In this document: in pieces, positions 36,054 to 45,347 of the stretch
Layout of the letters: every line of letters begins with the position of its first letter
Numbering within the stretch: the first letter of the stretch is position 1
Source of the DNA: Candidatus Nanoarchaeia archaeon
GTDB lineage: Archaea > Nanobdellota > Nanobdellia > Woesearchaeales > SKIA01
DNA: 64,000 bases
NCBI GenBank assembly: GCA_028279685.1
Contig: JANQNG010000002.1
Coordinates: 76,144-140,143, forward strand
Reading direction: 5' to 3'
The notes under the pieces: model-generated
What the model saw: the letters and a program-made list of their open reading frames with translations, nothing else
The model's database searches: none
Told to the model about the DNA's origin: nothing
Program-made: the position numbers and the translations under genes

Positions 36054-37915
36054 TGGAAGTAACACACACATTTCGAGGAGAGCGCATCAGTTTCGTAGGC
36101 GTTACTCCTTCTTTCATTCTTTCTAACAAAAAAGGAAACTATTGTGCATGGAGTGCTCAAGAAAACTTTTCAGCTTATTGTGGCCTTCATCAACTGATAC
36201 CCCAAGGCAAAGACTGGGATCTATTCAAAAGCATTGAGAACATTCAGTTAGTTGACACTAAAACAACAGAGCTCATCAATACCTTCTCTGGCTTTGTTAG
36301 GAAATCAGGTGACGCCACAGAGATTTTTCATCTATCAAAATTGAATTCTCTGTTTTATGACGTCGAGAATTTTCATGGTGAAATCGCACTTGAGCTAGAT
36401 TGCAGATATATCTATGACTTTTCTTCAGAAGGAAGAATTTATGAGATCATCCATGACGGGGACTATATTGTCATTCACTACCAGAAGTTCAAAGAAGATG
36501 GCCTTATTAATCTCGACTATGATTATTTCGTGATTATACGAGGGTTTCAAGATGTTGATATCAAAAAAGAATGGGTAAAAAAACACTATATGTATGATAA
36601 AAGAAGAGGCCAACAGGGAGATCGTTGGATTTTTGACGCATTGCGTTTTAAAGTGAAAGGAAATCTCAACCTCGTTATTGGGTTTGGGAAAACGTATACC
36701 AAAGCAAAGGAATATTGCGATTACGCATATATTAATAGAGAACAAATGTTAAGTAACACCAATAACTATTATAATAATCTACTCGGCAAACAGCAACTCA
36801 GTAATAAAGACAGGATTTTTGCTCTGCGCTGTGCAATGAAAGCACTAGACGACGTATGTATTGTCCGTGGTCAAGAATTTAATCTGCGAGGGATCTTTGC
36901 CGGATGGCCTTGGTTCTATCAAGTGTGGACAAGAGATGAAGCGATAAGTTTAGGAGGTCTCCTCACTACAGGAGATTATACTTTTGTGAAGGATGTCATT
37001 ATGCGTCAGATTATAAAGATCATAGAAGATGGAAGAATTCCTAATAGACATCCTCATGCAGGCTTAGGAAGTGCTGATGGTGTCGGTTGGGTATTCAAAC
37101 GTGCAGGAGATTTAATCGACACTCTGAAACGAGAGAATCTACTAGGAAGCATCTTGAGAGACGAACAACTAATAACCATCAAAAATCAATTAAAGAAAAG
37201 TATTGATGGATTGCTTAAGCACCACACAAGAAACGGATTTGCTGTCAATAGTATTAATGAAACTTGGATGGATACTACAGGAACACAAAATGATGTGCGT
37301 GACGGCGCGCGCATTGAAATTCAAGCATTACGATTATCAATGTACAAACTCATGGTTGAATTGTGTCGTATGACTAATGACAAAGAGATGAAAACCTATA
37401 AGAGCCTCTATAGAAGCCTTAAGAAGAATATTAAGACGTATTTTTTCAAAGAAGGGAAATTATATGATGGATTAAATGACCCTGCTGCAAGACCGAACAT
37501 ATTTCTAGCGTACTATATCTGCAAAGATTTCTTGAGTAATGAGGAATGGCATCAAGCATTTGATTACGCATTAGAACGATTATGGATCAGCTGGGGAGGA
37601 TTGAGTACACTCGACAAAGAACATCCTTGGTTCAAAGAATGGCATACAGGAGAGAATAACGACTCTTATCATCGTGGTGATTCCTGGTTTTTCGTAAATA
37701 ACATAGCTGCCTGGTGTCTTCATGATCTTGACGCAGAAAAATATAAGCAAACGGTGCTGAAAATACTACATGCTTCAATGGAAGATTGTCTTCGTCATGG
37801 TTTTGTAGGGCATTGTTCTGAAATTAGCTCTGCTGCAAAAATGGAAGCTTTTGGATGTTGGGCACAAGCTTGGAGCGCCTCTACTTTGGTAGAACTTTTG
37901 ATGAAAATTTCTTAA
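36053..37915 (+). CDS. glycogen debranching enzyme (amylo-alpha-1,6-glucosidase, GDE C-terminal domain family)
   Basis: GWPWFYQVWTRDEAISLGGLL and (alpha/alpha)6-barrel-like C-terminal region with conserved W/D/E pattern. Confidence 0.65.
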   Translation: MEVTHTFRGERISFVGVTPSFILSNKKGNYCAWSAQENFSAYCGLHQLIPQGKDWDLFKSIENIQLVDTKTTELINTFSGFVRKSGDATEIFHLSKLNSLFYDVENFHGEIALELDCRYIYDFSSEGRIYEIIHDGDYIVIHYQKFKEDGLINLDYDYFVIIRGFQDVDIKKEWVKKHYMYDKRRGQQGDRWIFDALRFKVKGNLNLVIGFGKTYTKAKEYCDYAYINREQMLSNTNNYYNNLLGKQQLSNKDRIFALRCAMKALDDVCIVRGQEFNLRGIFAGWPWFYQVWTRDEAISLGGLLTTGDYTFVKDVIMRQIIKIIEDGRIPNRHPHAGLGSADGVGWVFKRAGDLIDTLKRENLLGSILRDEQLITIKNQLKKSIDGLLKHHTRNGFAVNSINETWMDTTGTQNDVRDGARIEIQALRLSMYKLMVELCRMTNDKEMKTYKSLYRSLKKNIKTYFFKEGKLYDGLNDPAARPNIFLAYYICKDFLSNEEWHQAFDYALERLWISWGGLSTLDKEHPWFKEWHTGENNDSYHRGDSWFFVNNIAAWCLHDLDAEKYKQTVLKILHASMEDCLRHGFVGHCSEISSAAKMEAFGCWAQAWSASTLVELLMKIS

Positions 37916-38298
37916 CTTTCTCTGTTAACCATGATACAGCTATGATGAATACATTCAATATTATGCTGTTCACAGAATGCTATTGCTTTTTCTGATTCTG
38001 AACCTGGTTGCATCCAGACTCTCTTAATGTGCAATGCAGCACATTCCTCCACAATTCTTTCCGTGACTGAAGGAGGCACCACCATATCAACGAGATCTAT
38101 CTCTTTAACAGCATCAATTGCTTCTTTCAATGTTGAGAAACATCTCAATCCAAGAATTTCCTTTTCCTTGAGATTAATGGGAATCACCTTATAACCTGCT
38201 TCCTTCAATACATTGAGAATCTTATAGCCATATTTCTCTGGATTGGCAGTCGCACCGACAACGGCAACATATTTATCTTTGTTGACAAATCCCATCAT
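37912..38298 (-). CDS. CoA-binding domain protein
   Basis: VAVVGATANPEKYGYKILNVLKEAGYKVIPIN is a typical CoA-binding Rossmann-like domain. Confidence 0.6.
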   Translation of the reverse strand: MMGFVNKDKYVAVVGATANPEKYGYKILNVLKEAGYKVIPINLKEKEILGLRCFSTLKEAIDAVKEIDLVDMVVPPSVTERIVEECAALHIKRVWMQPGSESEKAIAFCEQHNIECIHHSCIMVNRES

Positions 38299-38304
38299 AC
38301 ACCT

Positions 38305-39261
38305 CTACTCAAAGAGACTTTCAGGAACATAACATTGTTTAAGCAGATTATCAGACTCAATAATCTTATAATCTGAGACACTAAAATGTCTCCTCAGATC
38401 ATTGATAACCCCTTTTGAAAGACTCTCTGTTTCAATCACCATAAGCAATTCATAATCACCTATTATCTTGACGAGTTCTACTATGTTTTTATGCTGTTTT
38501 GCATATTCCACGACTTTATTTATTTCATCGGAATCTTCATAGTCTAATCTCAACAAAAGGTATCTTCGAGAAATATCTGCATTAGGATAATTAAGAAGAA
38601 TGCTGTATTTTCGGATAACTCTTTTAGATTCAAGCTGCTTCTTTATACTCACCACTGTTTTTGAGTCGAGATTTAGGTTTCTTGCAATATTGATCACAGG
38701 TTCCTTAGCATTCTGGTGTAACAATTGCAGAACTGCCTTCTGACGATTATTCAAAGGCATCACATCCCTATCTCCTGAAAGAATGATTTGAGAATCATTT
38801 GTAGATTTGGCCATATATTTCCTCTCGTAAAGATGTTTCACAATAACCACTTGGATATCTGCTATTCTGAGCATGGATCTATAATCATGAAGCAGCTCTC
38901 TATGCTGCTTATTGAACAACGAAAGATTAGGCACTGAAAATTCTACCATGAGATCCGCACCATGAGAAACTTCCTCGACGGTAACAATGTGCGGATGACT
39001 CATCAGATGAGCCTTCAATTTAGCTAATGCTCTGCTCTCAAAATTCTGATAATGATAGAGCACAACAATGTTAATGAGCCCGAACCGTGCAGGATCAATA
39101 ACAGTTTGGTAGTTTTGGAGTATTTTTTTCTGAAAAAGATTCTGGACGAGATAACTCGCTGATTGCTGACTTACCCTCAAGAGTTTCCCCAACTCTTTAG
39201 TGGTTATCCTCGAGTTTCTCGAGAGAAAGTAGAGAACTTTACCTAATTTCTTAACACCCAT
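38305..39261 (-). CDS. tandem Lrp/AsnC-family transcriptional regulator (two HTH+RAM modules)
   Basis: Two repeats of an HTH (RITTKELGKLLRVSQQSASYLVQNL / VINIARNLNLDSKTVVSIKKQL) each followed by a RAM-like domain; start set to internal ATG 39261. Confidence 0.55.
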   Translation of the reverse strand: MGVKKLGKVLYFLSRNSRITTKELGKLLRVSQQSASYLVQNLFQKKILQNYQTVIDPARFGLINIVVLYHYQNFESRALAKLKAHLMSHPHIVTVEEVSHGADLMVEFSVPNLSLFNKQHRELLHDYRSMLRIADIQVVIVKHLYERKYMAKSTNDSQIILSGDRDVMPLNNRQKAVLQLLHQNAKEPVINIARNLNLDSKTVVSIKKQLESKRVIRKYSILLNYPNADISRRYLLLRLDYEDSDEINKVVEYAKQHKNIVELVKIIGDYELLMVIETESLSKGVINDLRRHFSVSDYKIIESDNLLKQCYVPESLFE

Positions 39262-39355
39262 CTTTGTAGGAAATACATCAGTTATATATAAAACTTCTGA
39301 AAATACTGAAAAGCACTGAGATAGCTTTAAATCTAAAGCGTTTGCTTTTAGCAAT

Positions 39356-40621
39356 ATGGGTGAAATTAAGAACGAAGTGAAAGTTGAAGACACGCTGACA
39401 ATTGTGATGGTTCTCTACGCAAGACCCCATGTTGGAGGAAGTGGCATCTCTGGAACACAAATGGCTATTGAGCTGGCAAAAAGAGGTCATGATGTTCATA
39501 TTGTAAGTTATCCAAACACCTACTTAACAGAAGAAGAGAAAAAATATCTAACCATTCATCCTATTCCTAACATCAACTACAGCAGTTTCAAGGCAATGCC
39601 TATTGAGATGGCCTTTGCAGGAGTGATCTACAACATAGCGAAAACAAAAGGAATCGATATTCTTCAAGCACATTATAATGTCACCCATGCAGGTGCTATA
39701 ATAGATGCAAGAGACAGCATTATCCTTGGTATGAAAAATGGAGAACTCCCAAAACAAGAAAGAAGACCTGTAGCTATTATCACCAATAGAGGCACAGATA
39801 TTAGTATCCACGCATTTAATCCTCTTCTCTCACCAAGCATGCAACTGAGACTCAGTCAGGCAGATGAATTTACTTTTGTTTCTCACGCACTCCAAGATCT
39901 TGCAAAAAAAGCATTCAATCTTCCTCATTACGGAAAAGTCATTCACAACTTTGTTGATGAAGGTCGATTTAGTAACCATGTTGAAGAACGAAAGCTCCTA
40001 AGAAAAAAACTTAACATCAACGAAGACACTGTTGTGTTCTATCATGTTTCAAACTTTAGGCCAGTTAAAAATATTCCTGTTATTGTAGAAGCTTATTTTC
40101 GAGCAAAAATCAGCAACAACATAACCAATACAAAATTGCTCTTTATAGGAGATGGGGAAATGAGAACAAAAATTGAAGAAATGGTCAAAAGTTATCAACT
40201 TCAAGAAGATGTGATCTTTTTAGGGAGTGTAGCTCCAGAAGAAATGGACGCATACACTGCAGTAGGAGATGTACTCATTCTTCCATCGCTAAGTGAAGGT
40301 CTTGCCAGAGTAAGTTTAGAAGCACTTCATGCAAGAAAAGGAATCATTGCATCTAATAAAGGAGGAAATCCAGAGGTTGTTGAGCCAGGAATTAATGGTT
40401 TTTTGATTGAGCCTCATGACGTTGAAAAATTATCTAAATATATTGTAGAATTTGTAAACAATCCTAGTCTTCCTAGAAAAATGGGAACACTCGGGCGAAA
40501 CATTGCAGAAACAAAATTCAATAGAACACATATTATTGATCAATACGAAAATCTCTACTATGAAACATTAAAAAAGACTAACGCAATCCCTCTTGAAGTT
40601 ATAGAATCGGAGGAAAATTAA
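39356..40621 (+). CDS. GT4-family glycosyltransferase (BshA/MshA-like retaining GlcNAc transferase)
   Basis: N-terminal GGSGISGTQMAIELAKRGHDVHIV; C-terminal E..G....EA.A.G.P motif (SLSEGLARVSLEALHARKGIIASNKGGNPEV). Confidence 0.7.
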   Translation: MGEIKNEVKVEDTLTIVMVLYARPHVGGSGISGTQMAIELAKRGHDVHIVSYPNTYLTEEEKKYLTIHPIPNINYSSFKAMPIEMAFAGVIYNIAKTKGIDILQAHYNVTHAGAIIDARDSIILGMKNGELPKQERRPVAIITNRGTDISIHAFNPLLSPSMQLRLSQADEFTFVSHALQDLAKKAFNLPHYGKVIHNFVDEGRFSNHVEERKLLRKKLNINEDTVVFYHVSNFRPVKNIPVIVEAYFRAKISNNITNTKLLFIGDGEMRTKIEEMVKSYQLQEDVIFLGSVAPEEMDAYTAVGDVLILPSLSEGLARVSLEALHARKGIIASNKGGNPEVVEPGINGFLIEPHDVEKLSKYIVEFVNNPSLPRKMGTLGRNIAETKFNRTHIIDQYENLYYETLKKTNAIPLEVIESEEN

Positions 40622-40623
40622 AC

Positions 40624-41298
40624 ATGGCTAATATTCTTGCAATTATCGCACATCCTGACGATGAAATGAATTGTGCAGGGCTTATGACAAAGAATTCTAA
40701 AGAAGGCGGAGAGAATTTTATTGTTTGTTTTGTCGATAATGAAGGACGAAAAGAAGAACTAAAAAAAAGTTGTAAGATTCTTAATGCAGAATTCACAACA
40801 TTAGGTTTTAACCAATTGGAAATTACACCTTCTCATGCTCTACGAAAAAAACTAAAAAATCTCATTGTTTCTTTCAAACCAGATATCGTTGTTATTCAAT
40901 CCAAAGATTATCATCCTGATCACCAGATTATTCATGATTTCGCACTCCATGTAATGGAATTTGCAAGCCATGGAGATGAAAATACAGCATGGCTCACTCC
41001 AGTCATATTAGAACTTGAAGCTTCCGCATTAATCGATTACCCTGATGTTATATATGATATCACCAACGAACAAGAAGCAAGAAAGGAAGTTATGAAAGTC
41101 CATCAATCACAGGTGAAACGAAAAAGCTTTGGTAAATATTATTTGGACATAGTAGAACAGAAAGCACGACTACGAGGGGCGCAAATAGGTACAGAATATG
41201 GAGAAGCATATCGTTTACACCACTTATCTATTAAAGGAAACTTTTACCCTACTTCAAGAGGATATAGAAATGTAGGAGATATTTTTTCTCGAAAATGA
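40624..41298 (+). CDS. PIG-L/LmbE-family N-acetylglucosaminyl deacetylase
   Basis: ILAIIAHPDDEMNCAG, HPDH..IH motifs of the LmbE zinc deacetylases. Confidence 0.75.
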   Translation: MANILAIIAHPDDEMNCAGLMTKNSKEGGENFIVCFVDNEGRKEELKKSCKILNAEFTTLGFNQLEITPSHALRKKLKNLIVSFKPDIVVIQSKDYHPDHQIIHDFALHVMEFASHGDENTAWLTPVILELEASALIDYPDVIYDITNEQEARKEVMKVHQSQVKRKSFGKYYLDIVEQKARLRGAQIGTEYGEAYRLHHLSIKGNFYPTSRGYRNVGDIFSRK

Positions 41299-42428
41299 CC
41301 GCAAAAGCAGTAGTTGTAGGATTATATGGAGCAAATCCACTAGGTATTGTGAGGAGCCTTGGTATAGAAGAAATTCCTGTTATAGGTGTACATTATGAGA
41401 ACAAATATCCTCACGCAAAATATTCAAAGTATCTAGAAAATCATCATATTGTTGAAGGAGAAGAAGCCGCGATCCAAAAACTTGTAGATATAGGTAAAAC
41501 ATTTGATGAAAAATCTGTTTTATTCGCGACAGGAGATACTCGAGTACTCTTGTTAGAAGATAATAAAGAGATACTTTCAGAATTTTATCATGTTCCTCTA
41601 GTTTCCAAAAGAAATATCAGAGATATTATTGATAAACATGCTGTTCTCTCTGTTGGAAAAGAAGCAGGATTTCTTGTTCCTCGCTCTACATATCTTTCTG
41701 ATTTGCTCAATAACTCTACTGAAATTTCATTCCCCATACTTCTTAAACCTTTGAACAGCACCATAGGCACTAAAGATGATATGGTTTTAGTTCAAACTAA
41801 AGATGAACTTAATAAAAAAATAAAAACATTAAACAAAGATGTTTCTAAAATAATTGCAGAAGAATATATCAAAGGACCTATAACTAATCATTTCGAAGTT
41901 CACACATATTTATCATCAGAAGGCCCTCTTATAGGAGGTATGTTACAACGACTCAAAGAATACCATGTTGGAAAAGATGCAAAAGAAGGCTTTATGAACA
42001 AATCGACATGGATTGATGCATTAGTTCATCCTAGTTTGAAATTAACAGAAAGCCTTAAGTTCAATGGAGCCATAGATATTAATCTTATAAGAGACGAAGA
42101 TAGTGGTCAATTCTATTTTATAGAAGCAAATTTAAGAACTAGTTCGAACCTTATTCTCGACACTATGGCAGGATTAAACCTACCAGCAATTATTTATCAT
42201 GATCTCACAGGAAACAATTTCTCAAAATATGTGCATACTGATTATAGAAAAGATGTTTTCTGGATGTATGATCATCGTATACTCTCAGAACTTGAGCACG
42301 GAAATATCACACTCGAAGAAATAGCACCATATTTTATGCAAGATCATGTTTGCGCATTCTATGATAAAAATGACTCGATTCCTTATATCGAATCTCTAAG
42401 AAAGGGAAAACTTCTGCCAAAAAGGTAA
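41295..42428 (+). CDS. ATP-grasp superfamily ligase (carboxylate-amine ligase-like)
   Basis: FPILLKP...IIAEEYIKG...FYFIEANLR pattern of the ATP-grasp fold; translationally coupled to the deacetylase. Confidence 0.5.
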   Translation: MTAKAVVVGLYGANPLGIVRSLGIEEIPVIGVHYENKYPHAKYSKYLENHHIVEGEEAAIQKLVDIGKTFDEKSVLFATGDTRVLLLEDNKEILSEFYHVPLVSKRNIRDIIDKHAVLSVGKEAGFLVPRSTYLSDLLNNSTEISFPILLKPLNSTIGTKDDMVLVQTKDELNKKIKTLNKDVSKIIAEEYIKGPITNHFEVHTYLSSEGPLIGGMLQRLKEYHVGKDAKEGFMNKSTWIDALVHPSLKLTESLKFNGAIDINLIRDEDSGQFYFIEANLRTSSNLILDTMAGLNLPAIIYHDLTGNNFSKYVHTDYRKDVFWMYDHRILSELEHGNITLEEIAPYFMQDHVCAFYDKNDSIPYIESLRKGKLLPKR

Positions 42429-42606
42429 ATAATATTTAAATGCCTTTGTTTCGATTTGCATTATCATGAAACCATAGCTGATTATAAAAGAGAGGCTGTC
42501 GAATATATCCTGAATACTACTCCTTCATTCCACAAAAGTCTCCTGAAAATCATCCAAAATCTATAAAAAGGGCTAATTCTTTAAAAGCACAAAGAGGGTT
42601 TAGTGG

Positions 42607-44670
42607 ATGAAGAACCATATCATGTGGATAGTTGTAGTGATAGTTCTTGCAGGTTTTGTTCTAGCTGATGACACCAAAATAGATGACATTTACATCGCTT
42701 ATACAGGCAATTTCACCCTTGAAGGCCATACATTCGGAGTTACAACACAGAATGAAGACGCTGTACTGATGAACCGTAATGGCCAGAATACAATCTATTG
42801 GAAAGATCGCTGTACTTTCCTCAGTTTCCATAAATTCTGCCTGGAAGCCGCATCAACAACAAGCGCACGATTCGCCATCTATTCTTTAATACCTACTGTG
42901 GAATTGGATATGAGCACAAACACTACAACACTCATTGAAGGAGATGATCTCCTTGTAAAAGCAGAGATTGAAAACTCAGGAGAACAACAAACACAATTCT
43001 TTCTCGAGATCAGATATCCAGAAACCTTCCTTTTTGTTGATGGGCCTAATACCCTAGAGTACCCTGAACCTGCTATGTACTGGGAAAACTTCCAAGGTCC
43101 TCCTCTTCAAGAACAAGTGCTCTATTATGACTCTTATCTCCAACCTAATACAATAGAGTACTTCAACTTTACGATCAAAGCAATTCATAATATCACAAAA
43201 GCATCAATTAACATATCATTAATCTTCTTCAACAGTACAGATAACGAATCAATAGATACAGAAAATATTAAGGTCAATGTTAATGGTTTGCTTGATTTCA
43301 GCCTAAAACCTCCTCGGTTGAGAAAAGGTGATGAGGGTCTTGTCGACATTAAAATCAAAAATGAGAAAACACATAATGTTACTCTTGCTAAGATGGCGTT
43401 GGTTCTCCCTAATCATATCTATTGGGGAGATATAAGCTTCAAAAAACTCGGAGCATCGAATCAGTATGTCAATCCAGGATTATCGCAATATGACAATGCA
43501 CTCCTTTATATTAAAACACTGACTCCTCAACAGGAAATCAACTTCAGCATACCTGTCAGCTCAGACCGAAAAGGAATCTACGATCTTATCGTAATAAGAA
43601 AAATGTATAGTACTGATAGCAATCAATCTTTTGTCAGTATTGAAAAAGCACCCGTTGAAGTTATAGATCACACTATCACCACAGAGACGAGCACCTCGAA
43701 AAAACTTATCTATATAGATGATACCACAACGTTTACAACTACAATAAGAAATGATGATCATGTGACTTTTGAACATGTGAATGTCAGTGTCATTTCGGAT
43801 TTGTTTTGGTTTGAGAACGAAACTTCTTTGTTTCCAGGAGAAGAGAAAACGTTTTCCTTTGATTTTTCTCCTGAGAAATATGAGGAGAAAAAACCTTACG
43901 AAGTTACATTTAAGATTCATTACAAGCTGCAAGATGATCCTGCTTATTATCTGAAAGAATCCAAAGAAACCATAACACTTATCCAAGGCAATAGGCCAAA
44001 ACATATCACTCAAGAAAACAACACCATGGAACCTGTCAGTTTCCTTACAGATATTGAAACAACCTTTGAACTTCCTCCAGAGCAGCGATTATTTGTCGAA
44101 GACAAAACTCCTTCTACTATCATGAAAGGAGATTCCCTTAGAGTCGAAATAGCACTCGAGAAGAAAGGCTTCATAGGAGACATCAATATCACTATCACAC
44201 TGAATGATGAAACAGTGATTGACACCATAGATTATGATTTCAATAACACGAAATACGTAAGAAGATTTGATGTTCCTGAGGAGAATGAAGTACGACTCTC
44301 TTATGTGGTGTCTTATGTTGAGAACGGGACTCCTGTAGAGGTAAGTAATCAAAAAGTGGTTGTTATTGAAGAGCCATTGCAAGAAGTCATTATTGAAGAG
44401 CCTGTTAACGTCTGGTGGTTCATCTATCCATTGCTTGTGCTGATTATTATTATTGCGTTTCTCGTCGCTATTCCGAAAAAGAAAGCGATTGAGAGACGAT
44501 ATCATCAACTGAAAACATCACTTGATGATGATAAGAAAGATCTCCTTGAACTAAAGAAAGTAATAACTGATCCTCAACAAGTTTCTGTTATTAGAAGCAT
44601 TGAGCGAGACCTTACTATCCAAGAGAAAAAACTTGAGAAACTCAAGCGAAAGCTCAAAAAGACGAAATAG
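42607..44670 (+). CDS. large cell-surface protein (N-terminal signal/TM, many N-glycosylation sequons, C-terminal TM anchor plus coiled coil)
   Basis: MKNHIMWIVVVIVLAGFVLA signal; >25 N-x-S/T sequons; C-terminal WWFIYPLLVLIIIIAFLVAIP helix. Confidence 0.5.
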   Translation: MKNHIMWIVVVIVLAGFVLADDTKIDDIYIAYTGNFTLEGHTFGVTTQNEDAVLMNRNGQNTIYWKDRCTFLSFHKFCLEAASTTSARFAIYSLIPTVELDMSTNTTTLIEGDDLLVKAEIENSGEQQTQFFLEIRYPETFLFVDGPNTLEYPEPAMYWENFQGPPLQEQVLYYDSYLQPNTIEYFNFTIKAIHNITKASINISLIFFNSTDNESIDTENIKVNVNGLLDFSLKPPRLRKGDEGLVDIKIKNEKTHNVTLAKMALVLPNHIYWGDISFKKLGASNQYVNPGLSQYDNALLYIKTLTPQQEINFSIPVSSDRKGIYDLIVIRKMYSTDSNQSFVSIEKAPVEVIDHTITTETSTSKKLIYIDDTTTFTTTIRNDDHVTFEHVNVSVISDLFWFENETSLFPGEEKTFSFDFSPEKYEEKKPYEVTFKIHYKLQDDPAYYLKESKETITLIQGNRPKHITQENNTMEPVSFLTDIETTFELPPEQRLFVEDKTPSTIMKGDSLRVEIALEKKGFIGDINITITLNDETVIDTIDYDFNNTKYVRRFDVPEENEVRLSYVVSYVENGTPVEVSNQKVVVIEEPLQEVIIEEPVNVWWFIYPLLVLIIIIAFLVAIPKKKAIERRYHQLKTSLDDDKKDLLELKKVITDPQQVSVIRSIERDLTIQEKKLEKLKRKLKKTK

Positions 44671-44740
44671 GACTATTTGCTGAGAGTTACATAACAATTA
44701 TATATGATCGTTTCGTTTGAAAGAAGAGAAGAGGTGTATC

Positions 44741-45259
44741 ATGGGTTTTTTAGACAAATTGAATCCATTCAAGAAGAAAGATGATCTTTTTGGAGACTTC
44801 GACAGCCATCCCGATAAACTGAATGATCCTCTCGGAGGGCCGCAAACTCCAGATGATATACATAAAGATTCTTCATTTCACGATCCTCTAGGAGCATCTG
44901 ATCCTTTTGGAGCGCCTCCTGGAGGCGATTTACCTCCTGCAGGAATGCCCCCTCCCGATTCATCATTCCCTTCTGCGCAGCCAGCAGAATTAAGTTCTAA
45001 AATGGGAGGAAGTCCTTTCTCTGACCAGCCATTCAGCTCTCCTGCTGCTCCGCAGGAATTACCAAAGGGAGAGCCTGCCGCAGATAATGAAAAACACACG
45101 TTACTCATGGAGAAATCTAATATGAGCCTTGAATTGGTGTCTGCTAAGCTCGATAGTATCAAAGCAGCCATTGACAGCATAAATGTACGACTAAGAAATC
45201 TTGAGAAGATGGCTTCTGACAGCCAGAATCCTCCCGAACCCAAAGATAAATGGTGGTAA
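44741..45259 (+). CDS. Pro-rich disordered protein with N-terminal amphipathic helix and C-terminal coiled coil
   Basis: MGFLDKLNPFKKK N-terminus; long P/G/D-rich linker; coiled coil at the end; RBS GAGGTG before ATG 44741. Confidence 0.4.
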   Translation: MGFLDKLNPFKKKDDLFGDFDSHPDKLNDPLGGPQTPDDIHKDSSFHDPLGASDPFGAPPGGDLPPAGMPPPDSSFPSAQPAELSSKMGGSPFSDQPFSSPAAPQELPKGEPAADNEKHTLLMEKSNMSLELVSAKLDSIKAAIDSINVRLRNLEKMASDSQNPPEPKDKWW

Positions 45260-45347
45260 CCATTCTGTTAAGGCAGTATTGCCTTAGTATCAATCACCTT
45301 AACATTTATAAATAACCTCTCTCTGGCTAGTGTAAAGGGGATGAGCA

